In this document: piece by piece, positions 18,231-26,400 of the stretch | How the letters are laid out: the number at the start of each line of letters is the position of its first letter | Numbering within the stretch: the stretch's first letter is position 1 | Virus record (IMG/VR): IMGVR_UViG_3300025372_000031 | Location: 1-28,582 of that record | Length of the DNA stretch: 28,582 nucleotides | Origin: a virus | Lineage: Duplodnaviria; Caudoviricetes | Strand: one strand, 5' to 3' | Position numbers and translations under genes: made by a program | Notes under the pieces: model-generated | Database searches by the model: none | Told to the model about the DNA's origin: nothing | Seen by the model: the letters and a program-made list of their open reading frames with translations, nothing else

Positions 18231-19493
18231 ATGGCAAAGATTTTTATCTCAATTGCGTCTTACAGAGACCCAGAATTATTACCTACTATTAAGGATTTAA
18301 TCGCAAATGCAAAAAATCCAAATAACCTAGTATTTTCTATTGCATGGCAACACTCCCCAGACGATGTTTGGGATACTCTAGAAGAATATAAAAATGATTC
18401 TAGATTTAGAATTATTGATATTAATTACGCAGATTCTAAGGGAACATGTTGGGCACGTAATGCAGTACAGCAAAATTATCAAGGAGAAGATTATTATCTT
18501 CAGTTAGATTCTCATCATAGGTTTGTAAAAAATTGGGATGTAGAATGTATTAAAATGATTAAGCAATTACAAAAAGCAGGTTACGAAAAACCTCTTTTAA
18601 CAGCTTATATTCCATCTTTTGATCCAGAAAATGATCCTGCAGCACGTGTGCAAGAACCTTGGTGGATGACGTTCGATAGATTTATTCCCGAAGGTGCAGT
18701 ATTCTTTTTACCAGCAACAATTCCAGGCTGGAAGGATATGACTCAACCTATTCCTTCTAGATTTTTATCTGCACATTTTATCTTTACATTAGGTGAATGG
18801 TGTCAAGAAGTTCCTTATGATCCAGAGTTATACTTTCATGGAGAAGAGATTTCATTAGCTGCAAGATCTTATACTTGGGGGTATGATTTATTTCATCCTC
18901 ACAAAGTAATTGCATGGCATGAATATACTCGTAAAGGAAGAACTAAGCAGTGGGATGACGATAAAGATTGGGTAGAAAAAAATAATCATGCACATAGGAG
19001 AAATCGAGTTTTATTTAGCATGGAACCAGGTTGTACACCTTGTCAAAGAAACCAATTAGGTGTTTATGATTTTGGTAAAGTTAGAACTTTAGAACAGTAT
19101 GAAAACTACTGTGGATTAAAATTTGCAACAAGAGGAGTTCAGCAGTATACCTTGGACAATAATTTTGCACCTAATCCAAAATATAGTTCTTTAGAAGAAT
19201 ATGAAGCTTCTTTTACTACTATATTTAAACATTGTATTGATATTAATTATGTTTCTGTTCCTGAAACTGACTACGACTTTTGGTGTGTAGCATTCGAAAA
19301 CGAACAAGGAGAAACAATATACAGGCAAGACGCACAACTGGATGAAATAAATAAAATGAAAAATGATCCTGACGGTTATTGTAAAGTTTGGAGAACTTTT
19401 CAACATTCAGGTAAACCTACAAAATGGGTAGTTTGGCCTCACTCGATTTCAAAAGGATGGTGTGATAAAATAGAAGGAATTTTACCAATTTAA
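18231..19493 (+). CDS. GT60-family (Skp1/Gnt1-like, 'GlcNAc' Pfam) polypeptide N-acetylglucosaminyltransferase
   Basis: KIFISIASYRDPEL, SKGTCWAR, YYLQLDSHHRFVKNWD (DSH metal motif), FLSAHFIF, EVPYDPELYFHGEEISLAARSYTWGYDLFHP...WHEY, all hallmarks of GT60. Confidence 0.85.
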   Translation: MAKIFISIASYRDPELLPTIKDLIANAKNPNNLVFSIAWQHSPDDVWDTLEEYKNDSRFRIIDINYADSKGTCWARNAVQQNYQGEDYYLQLDSHHRFVKNWDVECIKMIKQLQKAGYEKPLLTAYIPSFDPENDPAARVQEPWWMTFDRFIPEGAVFFLPATIPGWKDMTQPIPSRFLSAHFIFTLGEWCQEVPYDPELYFHGEEISLAARSYTWGYDLFHPHKVIAWHEYTRKGRTKQWDDDKDWVEKNNHAHRRNRVLFSMEPGCTPCQRNQLGVYDFGKVRTLEQYENYCGLKFATRGVQQYTLDNNFAPNPKYSSLEEYEASFTTIFKHCIDINYVSVPETDYDFWCVAFENEQGETIYRQDAQLDEINKMKNDPDGYCKVWRTFQHSGKPTKWVVWPHSISKGWCDKIEGILPI

Positions 19494-19495
19494 AT

Positions 19496-20425
19496 ATGAA
19501 TTTAATAGTAAGACATAAAGGGTTGGCAAAAGAATGGGCAGTAGACTACATATTTGATAAAGTAGGTAAGCTTTTAGTGGAAACATATCCGGAAATAACA
19601 TTTCAACGAGAATTTATTTCGGAATTTCCTCATTGGGAAGGAGTTCCTAGACAAGGCTCTTTGATAATTGAAAATCCAAGTAACAACAAGACTATAGTTT
19701 TAACTTATGATGATGCACCTAAAAACATACTAATACAAAAACCAGACACTGGTTGGATTGTAGCAAATATCCAGCAAATGTTTTGTACTTCAAATTTTAA
19801 AGAAATACAGGATTTTAGAGATTTTTACCTAGAGCATTCTAATATAGACGTACAAAAAGTTGTTCAACCCTTTTCTTACTCAGTATATAGAAGTGCTTTT
19901 GATACAGAATACTGCGACGTAGTATATGCACAGAAAAAATCTTCTGAATTTAGGAAACAGGGCCTTTTCTTTAGAGGTTTATTTTACGGAGAAAGAGAAT
20001 ATTGTTACTTTAATAACACACATTCCGAAATAAGAGTTACAAATAAAGACTATAAGAATTTACCGGAATATGCATACGAGCTAGCTGATTATAGATGTGG
20101 ATTATCTTTTACAGGAGCAGCTGAGATTTGCTTCAGAGATATGGAGTTAATGGGATTAGGAATTCCCATTATCAGACCACTACTTGCATCTGTCGAATTC
20201 AAAGAACCCTTAATTCCAGATGTACATTATATCCCATTTGAAGGAGATACTGCTGAATCGAAGCAGCAAGCACTCATTGATAAATGGGAGAAAGTAAAGC
20301 ATAAATATGATTTTTTAGACTATGTTGGAGATAATGCTAGAAAATGGTATTTAAAAAATATTAGATTAGATACCCAAGCTAAATTATTTATCGACTCTAT
20401 AAACTTAAATTTAATTATATTTTAA
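19496..20425 (+). CDS. GT-B glycosyltransferase, GT90/CAP10-like
   Basis: LFFRG; YRCGLSFTGAAEICFRDMELMGLG; EPLIPDVHYIPF; VGDNARKWY (cf. L.P..HY.P and IA.NGR.F). Confidence 0.65.
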   Translation: MNLIVRHKGLAKEWAVDYIFDKVGKLLVETYPEITFQREFISEFPHWEGVPRQGSLIIENPSNNKTIVLTYDDAPKNILIQKPDTGWIVANIQQMFCTSNFKEIQDFRDFYLEHSNIDVQKVVQPFSYSVYRSAFDTEYCDVVYAQKKSSEFRKQGLFFRGLFYGEREYCYFNNTHSEIRVTNKDYKNLPEYAYELADYRCGLSFTGAAEICFRDMELMGLGIPIIRPLLASVEFKEPLIPDVHYIPFEGDTAESKQQALIDKWEKVKHKYDFLDYVGDNARKWYLKNIRLDTQAKLFIDSINLNLIIF

Positions 20426-20426
20426 C

Positions 20427-21692
20427 ATGAAACTAAAACTTATACAGTATTACACGCCTAACTGTAGCTATGCAAGTACTTCCGAAAAAATAAACAGAGA
20501 TTATTGTGAAAAACACAGCATTGAATACTTTGCGGAAACAAACGAACAGACTATTAGAGAAGGTTATGACAGCAGAGCTGTGCAGTGGTATAAAATTAAA
20601 TTTACTCAAGATCAGCTTAAAAATAGCGATGTAGATTATATAGTTTTTATGGACGCCGATGCTGTTGTAGTAAAACCAGAAAAAGATATTAGAGATATTA
20701 TAAATGAATATCCTGACAGTGAATTAATAATAGCAAGAGACTTTGGCCCTGATTTAGTGAATACAGGGGTTATGATTTTTAAAAATACTCCCTGGTCTAT
20801 TGATTTTTTAGAAAGAGTTTGGCATGCTGGAGATCATATAGCAAGAGGTAAATTTAAAGTAGAAATCTGGCACGAACAGACAATAATGTCAGCTTTTACC
20901 CACATAAGTAAAGAGGACGCTGGAAAGATTTCTATACTTGATCCAGGAAGCCATGATTCTATAAACGATCATATTTTAAGAAACGGAATTACTTTTATTT
21001 ATCATGATTTATCAAAAATCAGAATTGAGGAAATTAACAAAATGAATTCCGGTGAGTACGACGTTGAAACAGAATTAAATCTGGCTTGCGAAAGTGATAG
21101 GCATGTTAGTTATCGATACGGAACTTACTATGTTGATAAAATTAAAGAAATACTGCAGACAAAAGAAATAGTTTCTATTCTAGATATTGGAGGAGATAGA
21201 GGTATTATTTTTAGTATAATACTTAAATATTTCCCACAATTAACTTACAGCAACCTTACTGATCTTGACTATAACACTGATAACGAAAGAATAAATAAGA
21301 TTAAAATAAGTCCAATTACAGAAGAAAGCTTAGATGCTTTTTTAGAAAGCAATAGCGATTCCTACGATATTGTAATAGCTGATTTTTTACATAGGTGCAT
21401 GTATAGAGACCTACTATTCAGTAAATTCTTTAATCGAGTTAATCCAGGCGGAGTATTTGTAATTGAAGATCTACAAACAGATAGAGAGATTACTAACCCA
21501 CAAAAAAATGCACAATACGGTTGGGGTGACCCAGAAAAAAAGTCAATGACACAGCTAATAGAAGGCTTTAATATAGATGGTGCTTTTAATAGCGACTACT
21601 ACGATTTTAAAAATAGTAACGAGTCTATCGAGAAAACTGAAATAATTGAATCGAAGTCAGGAGCTCTTTTAGGATTAATTTATAAAAAATGA
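20427..21692 (+). CDS. GT34 (GMA12/MNN10-like) glycosyltransferase fused to a class I SAM methyltransferase-like domain
   Basis: N-terminus: WYKI, DYIVFMDADAVV, LIIARD, VNTGVMIFKNTPWSIDFL, WHEQ. C-terminus: ILDIGG, YDIVIAD..H, VNPGGVFVIEDLQT. Confidence 0.75.
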   Translation: MKLKLIQYYTPNCSYASTSEKINRDYCEKHSIEYFAETNEQTIREGYDSRAVQWYKIKFTQDQLKNSDVDYIVFMDADAVVVKPEKDIRDIINEYPDSELIIARDFGPDLVNTGVMIFKNTPWSIDFLERVWHAGDHIARGKFKVEIWHEQTIMSAFTHISKEDAGKISILDPGSHDSINDHILRNGITFIYHDLSKIRIEEINKMNSGEYDVETELNLACESDRHVSYRYGTYYVDKIKEILQTKEIVSILDIGGDRGIIFSIILKYFPQLTYSNLTDLDYNTDNERINKIKISPITEESLDAFLESNSDSYDIVIADFLHRCMYRDLLFSKFFNRVNPGGVFVIEDLQTDREITNPQKNAQYGWGDPEKKSMTQLIEGFNIDGAFNSDYYDFKNSNESIEKTEIIESKSGALLGLIYKK

Positions 21693-22405
21693 GATATCTT
21701 TTTACCACATTAGCTGTAGGAGATAGCTACGTAGAGACAGCTCGTAAGTTTTACTCTGATTTAGAAAGTAGAACGTTACAGTGCGATTTCAATATTACTA
21801 CAAATATAAAACTCGATCCAACAGAGAGACTTAATTTTGATTACTTTACACTTGATCGCTACGATGACGGAGATGCTGGGTTTAGTTTTTTCCTGAACCT
21901 AAAAGTTTTATCTCTCAAGTATGCTTTAGATAAAGGATATGACTATGTAATATTTACAGACGCTGATTGGGGTACTACAGATGGCTTTTCAGAAGATAAA
22001 ATAATCTCTCTGTTTGAGTATATGAAGGAGAAAGATATAGACGCACTCTTCGAAAGACCAAATGAAATAGGCTACAATAAAGAACATATTAACGAATGCT
22101 ATTTTAAAGAAAAAATACAAGACTACCATGTCATGGAACATACTAAATGGGATAAAGCTCATGTATTTAACGAACAGTTTTTTGTCCTAAAAGTCGATTG
22201 GAAATTTAGATACTTTGTTAGACGTTGGGAAGAAATGATGTGGTACTCAATAGCTAATGATATAAGAAATTATCCTGATGGATTTGAAATAGGAGTTGCT
22301 GCATTAGAAGCAGATATGAAAATAGACTCTAATGAATGGAGAGGTTTAGTAAAAAACTGTTTCATGTTTTACAATAAATCAAACGAACCCTACTACAGAT
22401 TCTAA
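21689..22405 (+). CDS. GT-A fold nucleotide-diphospho-sugar transferase
   Basis: LKVLSLKYALDKGYDYVIFTDADW (DxD motif), NEQFFV, DGFEIG; ATGA overlap within the GT cluster. Confidence 0.65.
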   Translation: MRYLFTTLAVGDSYVETARKFYSDLESRTLQCDFNITTNIKLDPTERLNFDYFTLDRYDDGDAGFSFFLNLKVLSLKYALDKGYDYVIFTDADWGTTDGFSEDKIISLFEYMKEKDIDALFERPNEIGYNKEHINECYFKEKIQDYHVMEHTKWDKAHVFNEQFFVLKVDWKFRYFVRRWEEMMWYSIANDIRNYPDGFEIGVAALEADMKIDSNEWRGLVKNCFMFYNKSNEPYYRF

Positions 22406-22406
22406 T

Positions 22407-24674
22407 ATGTCATATAATACTGTATTATCATATAATAAAGAAAATAAATTAATGGAGCATTTTTACCAACGTATAGGAGAAGATTGGTTTACGTACCCTA
22501 CTTTATATAGTAGTGTAGTAAATAAGTTTGGAGAAGGAGCACATTTTGTAGAAGTAGGTTCTTGGAAAGGTAGAAGTGCTGCATTTATGGGAGTTGAAAT
22601 ATATAACTCAGGTTTGAATATTAAATTTGACTGTGTAGATACTTGGGAAGGGTCTATTGAGCATCAATCTATGAACCTTAGTAGTTTATACAATGAGTTT
22701 TTAGATAACATAAAACCTGTTGCCAATTATATTAATCCAATTAGAACTACTTCTTTAGAGGCTAGCAAACTATACCAAGATGGTAGTTTGGACTTTGTTT
22801 TTATTGATGCATCCCACGAATATAAAGACGTTTTAGATGATATCAAAGCTTGGCTACCTAAAATAAAAGAAGGGGGTATATTAGCAGGACATGATTATGG
22901 ATTTGGAGACGTTAATAAAGCAGTTAATGAATTTTTTAATGGTAAGACTTTTGAAGTTTCAGAGGATTGCTGGATTTACGAAAAACCAAACCAAGTTAGT
23001 AGTGGTGTAACTATTGTCACAGGGTTATGGAATATTGGTAGAGAGGGTTTAGAAGAAGGATGGAGTAGATCTTTTAACCATTACCTTGAAAAATTAGAGC
23101 AGTTACTAAAGACTCCTGACAATATGATTATTTTTATAGAGCAGGAATACGAATCTTTTGTTTGGGAAAGAAGAAGTAGGGAAAATACAGTAGTCGTAGT
23201 CCGAGGATTGGATTGGTTTTCAGCTAACCAGCATTTTTTTAATAAGATACAAGACATAAGAAAAAATCCAGAGTGGTATAATCAAGCTGGATGGTTGCCA
23301 AATAGTACACAAGCAAGGTTGGAATGGTATAATCCTATCGTAATGTCTAAAATGTTTTTACTAAATGATGCTCGTATTTTTGATCCCTTTAACTCTACCC
23401 ATTTAGTATGGATAGATGCAGGAATTACAAACACAATACACGAAGGATATTTTTGGCATGATAAAGTGATAGGAAAATTAGAAAAATACTTCAACAAGTT
23501 TAGTTTTGTATGTTTTCCTTATGATGGAAAAGTGGAAATTCATGGGTTTACGTATGGGCCAATGTGTGAATTTGCAAAAGGAACCGTAGATAAAGTTGCT
23601 AGAGGAGGTATTTTTGGTGGACCGAAAGAATCTATTCAAAGAGCAAGTGAAATATACTATAGCCTATTTGCAGAAACCTTAGATCAAGGGTATATGGGCA
23701 CAGAAGAATCGTTGTTTACTATAATGATCTACAAGTACCCAGAGTTATTTCAGTATTTTGAAATTGAAATGAATGGATTATTGGATAAGTTTTTTAATGA
23801 ACTAAGTAAGGATGAATTACAGCCTAAAATTGAAATAAAAAAAGGTGTGACATTAAATACATTAGACAAACACAATACGGCTTTATATGTCATTGCTTAT
23901 AACTTTCCTAATCAATTTAAAACTCTATGTAAATCATTTGAAGAATACGATAGAAATTTTCTAGATAAACCAAAAAAATTCTTACTTAATAATTCTACAA
24001 ATCGTAGTACCGATAAAAAATTCGCAGAGCTATGTATGCGATACGGCTTTGAAGAAATTAAAAAAGATAATATAGGCATATGTGGGGGAAGACAGTTTTG
24101 TGCTGAACATGCCGATGCAAACGGATTTGATTACCACTTTTTCTTTGAGGATGATATGTTTTTTTATAACGGAAAAGATCAATTTTGCAAAAACGGATTT
24201 AGAAGAATCATACCAGACTTTTACAATACAATGTTACACATTGCTTGGGTTGAACAGTTTGACTTTGTTAAATGGAATTTTACAGAGTTTTTTGGCGATA
24301 ATACAAAGCAGTGGGCTTGGCACAACATTCCAGCTGACGTAAGAGCTACCTCATTTCCTGAAAATCCTATCAAAGATGATGGAGATGTAAACAAAGCACC
24401 CTTTCTTAAGTATGAAAGTATAAAGTCTTACAAAGGCGTTCCCTATGCAACAGGAGAAATTTACTACTGTAATTGGCCACAAGTAGTTTCAAAGGATGGC
24501 AATAAAAAAATGTTTTTAGACACTAAGTGGGCACATCCATATGAACAAACTTGGATGTCTTTCATATTTCAAGAAACCAAAAAAGGTACAATAAAACCTG
24601 GTATTTTACTAGCTACGCCAACTGAACACAATCGCTTTGAGCATTATCCAGGAGAAGAAAGACGTGAAAACTGA
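22407..24674 (+). CDS. Triple fusion: Methyltransf_24-type SAM methyltransferase + HtrL/YibB(WlaTC)-like glycosyltransferase + GT2-like domain (alternative start 22452)
   Basis: VEVGSWKGRS...DFVFIDASHEY...KEGGILAGHDY; VTIVTGLWNIGR...VWIDAG...GGIFGG...GTEESL; NIGICGGRQ...FFFEDDM. Confidence 0.8.
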   Translation: MSYNTVLSYNKENKLMEHFYQRIGEDWFTYPTLYSSVVNKFGEGAHFVEVGSWKGRSAAFMGVEIYNSGLNIKFDCVDTWEGSIEHQSMNLSSLYNEFLDNIKPVANYINPIRTTSLEASKLYQDGSLDFVFIDASHEYKDVLDDIKAWLPKIKEGGILAGHDYGFGDVNKAVNEFFNGKTFEVSEDCWIYEKPNQVSSGVTIVTGLWNIGREGLEEGWSRSFNHYLEKLEQLLKTPDNMIIFIEQEYESFVWERRSRENTVVVVRGLDWFSANQHFFNKIQDIRKNPEWYNQAGWLPNSTQARLEWYNPIVMSKMFLLNDARIFDPFNSTHLVWIDAGITNTIHEGYFWHDKVIGKLEKYFNKFSFVCFPYDGKVEIHGFTYGPMCEFAKGTVDKVARGGIFGGPKESIQRASEIYYSLFAETLDQGYMGTEESLFTIMIYKYPELFQYFEIEMNGLLDKFFNELSKDELQPKIEIKKGVTLNTLDKHNTALYVIAYNFPNQFKTLCKSFEEYDRNFLDKPKKFLLNNSTNRSTDKKFAELCMRYGFEEIKKDNIGICGGRQFCAEHADANGFDYHFFFEDDMFFYNGKDQFCKNGFRRIIPDFYNTMLHIAWVEQFDFVKWNFTEFFGDNTKQWAWHNIPADVRATSFPENPIKDDGDVNKAPFLKYESIKSYKGVPYATGEIYYCNWPQVVSKDGNKKMFLDTKWAHPYEQTWMSFIFQETKKGTIKPGILLATPTEHNRFEHYPGEERREN

Positions 24675-24682
24675 TATTTATA
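24674..24682 (+). promoter_or_regulatory. ATATTTATA late-promoter-like motif
   Basis: Overlaps the TGA stop of the last GT gene and ends 3 nt before the ATG at 24686. Confidence 0.65.
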
Positions 24683-24685
24683 ACC

Positions 24686-25507
24686 ATGGCAACGTATACT
24701 CAGACACTACAAGCTACTGCAATTGGAACAAACTCTGGACCATTTAACGTATATTATAACACTATTGATCCAAGTACTTTAATTACAGGTAGCATAAGCT
24801 CAGCTACTCTGGCAACTGGATTTGTAATTAATATTCCAACTCAAGCCTATGCTGTAATAGTAGTTGACCAAGGTCCTTATTGTGGCAACCAATCACAAAC
24901 TATAGCAGTTAATCCACTTACTTTAACTCCTACACCCACAACTACACCAACTCCTACACCTACAGCTACAACAACACCAACATCTACTCCAACCCCTACA
25001 CCTACAACTAGTGTAACAGCTACTCCAACACCTACACCTACACCAACACCAACTGCTGGATTAGCTCCGACGACTACTCCAACACCAACTCCTACTACTA
25101 CACCTACTACAACTCCTACACCTACGCCAACTCCTACACCAACTCCTACTACATCACCAACAACTTACGTAGTTACAGTTCATGCTAAGCAGAATAGTGC
25201 AGTAACTGGTAGATATGTGTGGTATTCAACTGATGGTGTGAACTTTACTAAGCTAGGAACAACACCAGTTACTACTTCAGATCAAACTTTCTCACCTACA
25301 ATAACCGTAAACGCAGGTACAACCCTCTACTTAGCCATCGGAGATAATGCAACAATAACAGATGGTACAACAGCAGCATCAGTAGGTGTTGGTGGATACG
25401 CTGCTCTTCCTTCAAACTGTCCTGGTATAGTAAGTCCTCCTGCTATTTTTGCAACTCAATCAGTTTACTTATATGGTAACTCGTTAAACTTTGACTTATC
25501 TTGTTAA
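24686..25507 (+). CDS. Second mucin-like Thr-Pro repeat protein (two small beta domains joined by a ~80-aa TP linker)
   Basis: N-domain GTNSGPFNVY...LATGFVINIP...YC; TP tract about 24925-25165; C-domain ending in Cys; no signal peptide. Confidence 0.75.
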   Translation: MATYTQTLQATAIGTNSGPFNVYYNTIDPSTLITGSISSATLATGFVINIPTQAYAVIVVDQGPYCGNQSQTIAVNPLTLTPTPTTTPTPTPTATTTPTSTPTPTPTTSVTATPTPTPTPTPTAGLAPTTTPTPTPTTTPTTTPTPTPTPTPTPTTSPTTYVVTVHAKQNSAVTGRYVWYSTDGVNFTKLGTTPVTTSDQTFSPTITVNAGTTLYLAIGDNATITDGTTAASVGVGGYAALPSNCPGIVSPPAIFATQSVYLYGNSLNFDLSC

Positions 25508-25526
25508 CGGTAAAACATTTATAATC

Positions 25527-25904
25527 ATGGCAGTAATTAACTATACACCTTACACCTTAACAATAGGATCTGAAACTACAATTTATCAAAACGAAGTAAA
25601 ATGTAAAGTTTCTGAGAATGACTTTAACTATTCTCAAAATCCTACTGTATTTGCTAATATTAGTTATGTGAGTGGTTCTGGGTCATTACCTATCTATGCA
25701 TCTTATGGTCAGATAAACAGAAGCGGTTGGATTACAGATGGCACTTTAGCAAATAACATAACAGGATCAGATTTCCGTCCTTATACAACAACTATTGGAT
25801 TATATAACGAATCAAACCAATTATTAGTAGTTGGTAAATTAGCAACTCCTTACCCAATTCCATCTAATACAGATATGACTTTCATAGTTAAGTGGGATTC
25901 TTAA
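25527..25904 (+). CDS. Tail/baseplate structural protein C-terminal domain (paralog of the 14173..15264 C-terminus)
   Basis: DFNYSQNPTVF...PYTTTIGLYNESNQLLVVGKLATP. ATG 25527 is preferred over TTG 25491 because it avoids the overlap and follows the ACATTTATA motif variant (25515-25523). Confidence 0.7.
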   Translation: MAVINYTPYTLTIGSETTIYQNEVKCKVSENDFNYSQNPTVFANISYVSGSGSLPIYASYGQINRSGWITDGTLANNITGSDFRPYTTTIGLYNESNQLLVVGKLATPYPIPSNTDMTFIVKWDS

Positions 25905-25913
25905 AATAAGTTT

Positions 25914-26381
25914 ATGTCTCAAAATTGGTTTACATACGAAAATGGAAAAGTCGTGGAATACGACTCAGTGTTTAAATTTCCTCAAAATTGCGTAGGATTT
26001 GTCTACAAAATAACAAATATCCAAACTGGGAAGTTTTACATAGGTAGAAAATCTCTATACTCAAATACAAAGAAAAGATTAACTAAAGCTGAAAAAGCTC
26101 TACAAACAGGTCCTGGTAGAAAGCCAACCTCAAAAAGAGTAATAGCCGAGTCAAACTGGATTAATTACTGGGGTTCAAATAAGACTATTTTACAAGAAAT
26201 CAAAGACAGCGGTACAACTAACTTTAAAAAGGAAATTATTAAGTTTTGCTACAATAAAAAACAGTTAACTTACTGGGAATTACACTATCAATGCATAAAC
26301 GAAGTCCTTCTCAGAGAAGACTGCTACAACGATAACATACTTGCCAAATTCTTTCGAAAAGATTTGGTTATTCCAGAATAA
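25914..26381 (+). CDS. GIY-YIG family nuclease-like protein
   Basis: GFVYKITNIQTGKFYIGRK, YWGSN, FKKEII, late E and YNDNI; no obvious C-terminal DNA-binding domain. Confidence 0.75.
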   Translation: MSQNWFTYENGKVVEYDSVFKFPQNCVGFVYKITNIQTGKFYIGRKSLYSNTKKRLTKAEKALQTGPGRKPTSKRVIAESNWINYWGSNKTILQEIKDSGTTNFKKEIIKFCYNKKQLTYWELHYQCINEVLLREDCYNDNILAKFFRKDLVIPE

Positions 26382-26394
26382 TTACGTATGATTG
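26363..26394 (+). promoter_or_regulatory. Bacteroidota-type promoter-like site (TTTG-N20-TATGATTG)
   Basis: TTTG at 26363-26366, 20-nt spacer, TATGATTG at 26387-26394 (5 of 6 consensus positions); upstream of the primase. Confidence 0.55.
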
Positions 26395-26400
26395 GTATTA

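Noticed and set aside
22414-22428. Inverted repeat ATAATAC-T-GTATTAT near the start of the triple-fusion gene
   Set aside because: Only 7 bp, AT-rich and a single occurrence; plausible by chance, though it could be regulatory if the true start is 22452.
18231-24674. GT cassette as a DNA hypermodification system
   Set aside because: No base hydroxymethylase, TET/JBP or T4-type DNA glucosyltransferase motifs are visible. The family composition and TP-protein flanks fit protein or surface glycans better, though DNA modification is not formally excluded.
25480-25527. Programmed frameshift fusing ORF 24686 to the downstream tail domain
   Set aside because: It would need a +1 shift, there is no convincing slippery site, and the downstream ORF has its own ATG with a promoter-motif variant.
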